Below are positions 62,726 to 64,000 of a stretch of DNA of 64,000 nucleotides, one piece after another. The stretch comes from Bacillus sp. (in: firmicutes). GTDB lineage: Bacteria > Bacillota > Bacilli > Bacillales > DSM-1321. Under the pieces are notes generated by a model. It made no database searches and was not told where the DNA came from. It saw nothing but the letters and a program-made list of their open reading frames with translations. The number at the start of each line of letters is the position of its first letter. The first letter of the stretch is position 1. The stretch is from contig JBJFHH010000027.1 of the NCBI GenBank assembly GCA_051893475.1, positions 1,526 to 65,525 on the forward strand, read 5' to 3'. The translations under genes were made by a program, and so were the position numbers.

Positions 62726-63382
62726 TTGATTTACCTGAAAAAGATAAGCCGAATCATAAGTTTGATTGCTTTATTGTTATTTCCGGCCTTTTCGATAGCA
62801 AGCGCTGAACAGTCTGATAAGATGGTTAAAGATTATTTCCAAACAGAGAAGGGGGAATCGGAAGCAGAAGAGCCGGAAGTACAAGAAGAACCGGTACATG
62901 ATTCAGCCTCTGCTGCGGATTTTTCTTTCTTTGATTTGTTGCGAATGGTCGCTGCTTTTATTTTTGTAGGAGCCCTATTATATTTTTTGCTCAAATTTTT
63001 AAATAAAAAAAATCAAGCTTATCAAAAGGGACATATTGTTTCTAATTTAGGTGGGGCAAGTGTCGGCAGCAATAAATCAATTCAAATTGTAAAGATAGGA
63101 AGTAAGCTGTTCATAGTCGGTGTCGGTGAGAATGTTCAGCTGTTAAGTGAAATAACCGATCCGGAAGAAATCGAAAAATTATTGCAAGACCATAATGAGG
63201 CAATCGACAGCATGCTAAAGCCGGCGGATTTATTCACAAAAATAAAAAACAGGCGCGTAAATGATGATGAGAGCAATGTTTCCTTTATAGAGCAGTTTAA
63301 GAAACAGCTGAATGATATGTCAGCAACGAGGAAACTGCTGAAGAGTGAACTGCAAAAGACGGAGGACAAAAAGAATGAGTGA
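62726..63382 (+). CDS. fliZ: Flagellar biosynthesis protein FliO/FliZ
   Basis: Signal peptide, TM helix, LGGASVGSNKSIQIVKIG...VGVGENVQLL.EI. Confidence 0.9.
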   Translation: MIYLKKISRIISLIALLLFPAFSIASAEQSDKMVKDYFQTEKGESEAEEPEVQEEPVHDSASAADFSFFDLLRMVAAFIFVGALLYFLLKFLNKKNQAYQKGHIVSNLGGASVGSNKSIQIVKIGSKLFIVGVGENVQLLSEITDPEEIEKLLQDHNEAIDSMLKPADLFTKIKNRRVNDDESNVSFIEQFKKQLNDMSATRKLLKSELQKTEDKKNE

Positions 63383-64000
63383 GTTTATGGAGTTTTTTAA
63401 CACAAGTGATCCGTCTAATGTATCCACTTCTGTAAAAATGCTGCTTTTATTGACGGTCCTGTCATTGGCGCCGAGCATTTTGATTATGTTGACTTGTTTT
63501 ACGAGGGTCATTATTGTGTTGGGGTTTGTCAGAACGGCATTGGCAACCAATCAAATGCCGCCAACGCAAGTGTTGATCGGCATTGCGTTATTCATTACGT
63601 TTTTTATTATGGCTCCTGTTTTTCAAGAGGTGAACGACCGTGCGTTGACACCGCTTTTTAATGAGGAGATTAATTTAGAAGAAGCGTATGAGGAAGCATC
63701 CATGCCTTTCAAGGAATTTATGAGTGCTCATACGAGGCAGAAGGATTTGGAGCTGTTTCTGTCTTATGCCGACATGGAGCGTCCGGAATCGATTGAAGAT
63801 ATTCCGCTGACGGCGCTAGTTCCGGCTTTTTCCATCAGCGAGTTGAAGACAGCCTTTCAAATCGGCTTCATGATTTTTATCCCGTTTTTGGTCGTCGATA
63901 TGATTGTCGCAAGCGTTCTAATGTCAATGGGGATGATGATGCTTCCGCCTGTCATGATTTCATTGCCGTTTAAAATTTTATTATTTGTGTTAGTAGACGG
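63375..64000 (+). CDS. fliP: Flagellar export pore protein FliP, 3' end beyond the window
   Basis: Read from ATG 63375: MSEFMEFF...LLTVLSLAPSILIMLTCFTR...MMMLPPVMISLPFKILLFVLVDG. Confidence 0.96.
   Translation, partial: MSEFMEFFNTSDPSNVSTSVKMLLLLTVLSLAPSILIMLTCFTRVIIVLGFVRTALATNQMPPTQVLIGIALFITFFIMAPVFQEVNDRALTPLFNEEINLEEAYEEASMPFKEFMSAHTRQKDLELFLSYADMERPESIEDIPLTALVPAFSISELKTAFQIGFMIFIPFLVVDMIVASVLMSMGMMMLPPVMISLPFKILLFVLVD

Overview
Core chromosome of a spore-forming, flagellated member of the Bacillaceae (roughly 40% GC by eye). It is collinear with the B. subtilis priA-fliP region: priA-def-fmt-rsmB-rlmN-prpC-prkC-rsgA-rpe-thiN, spoVM, rpmB, yloU-fakA, sdaAB-sdaAA-recG, fapR-plsX-fabD-fabG-acpP, rnc-smc-ftsY, ylxM-ffh-rpsP-khpA-ylqD-rimM-trmD-rplS, lepB-rbgA-rnhB-ylqG-ylqH, sucCD, dprA-topA-trmFO-xerC-hslVU-codY, then the fla/che operon from flgB to fliP. 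I found no prophage, transposase, CRISPR array, tRNA or rRNA. The interesting signal is mostly non-coding. (1) A 22-bp palindrome TGTNAAG-N8-CTTNACA recurs at the promoters of ylxM-ffh (twice), rpsP, trmFO and rpmB/yloU; it is a candidate operator for the sigma-region-4-like protein YlxM. (2) A sigma-D-type promoter precedes rnhB-ylqG-ylqH, where YlqG/YlqH look like a second FliK-like/FlhB-C-like pair. (3) Three kinds of small structured intergenic repeats occur, including a bcr1-like element in the fla operon and a Bacillaceae-1-like RNA whose antisense loops read CAGGA(U/C)G. (4) A 23-codon internally deleted relic of a flagellar-operon gene lies between flgD and flgE. (5) Several hairpins overlap or displace ribosome-binding sites. 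Gene calls come from recognising protein motifs and synteny; no database searches were run.
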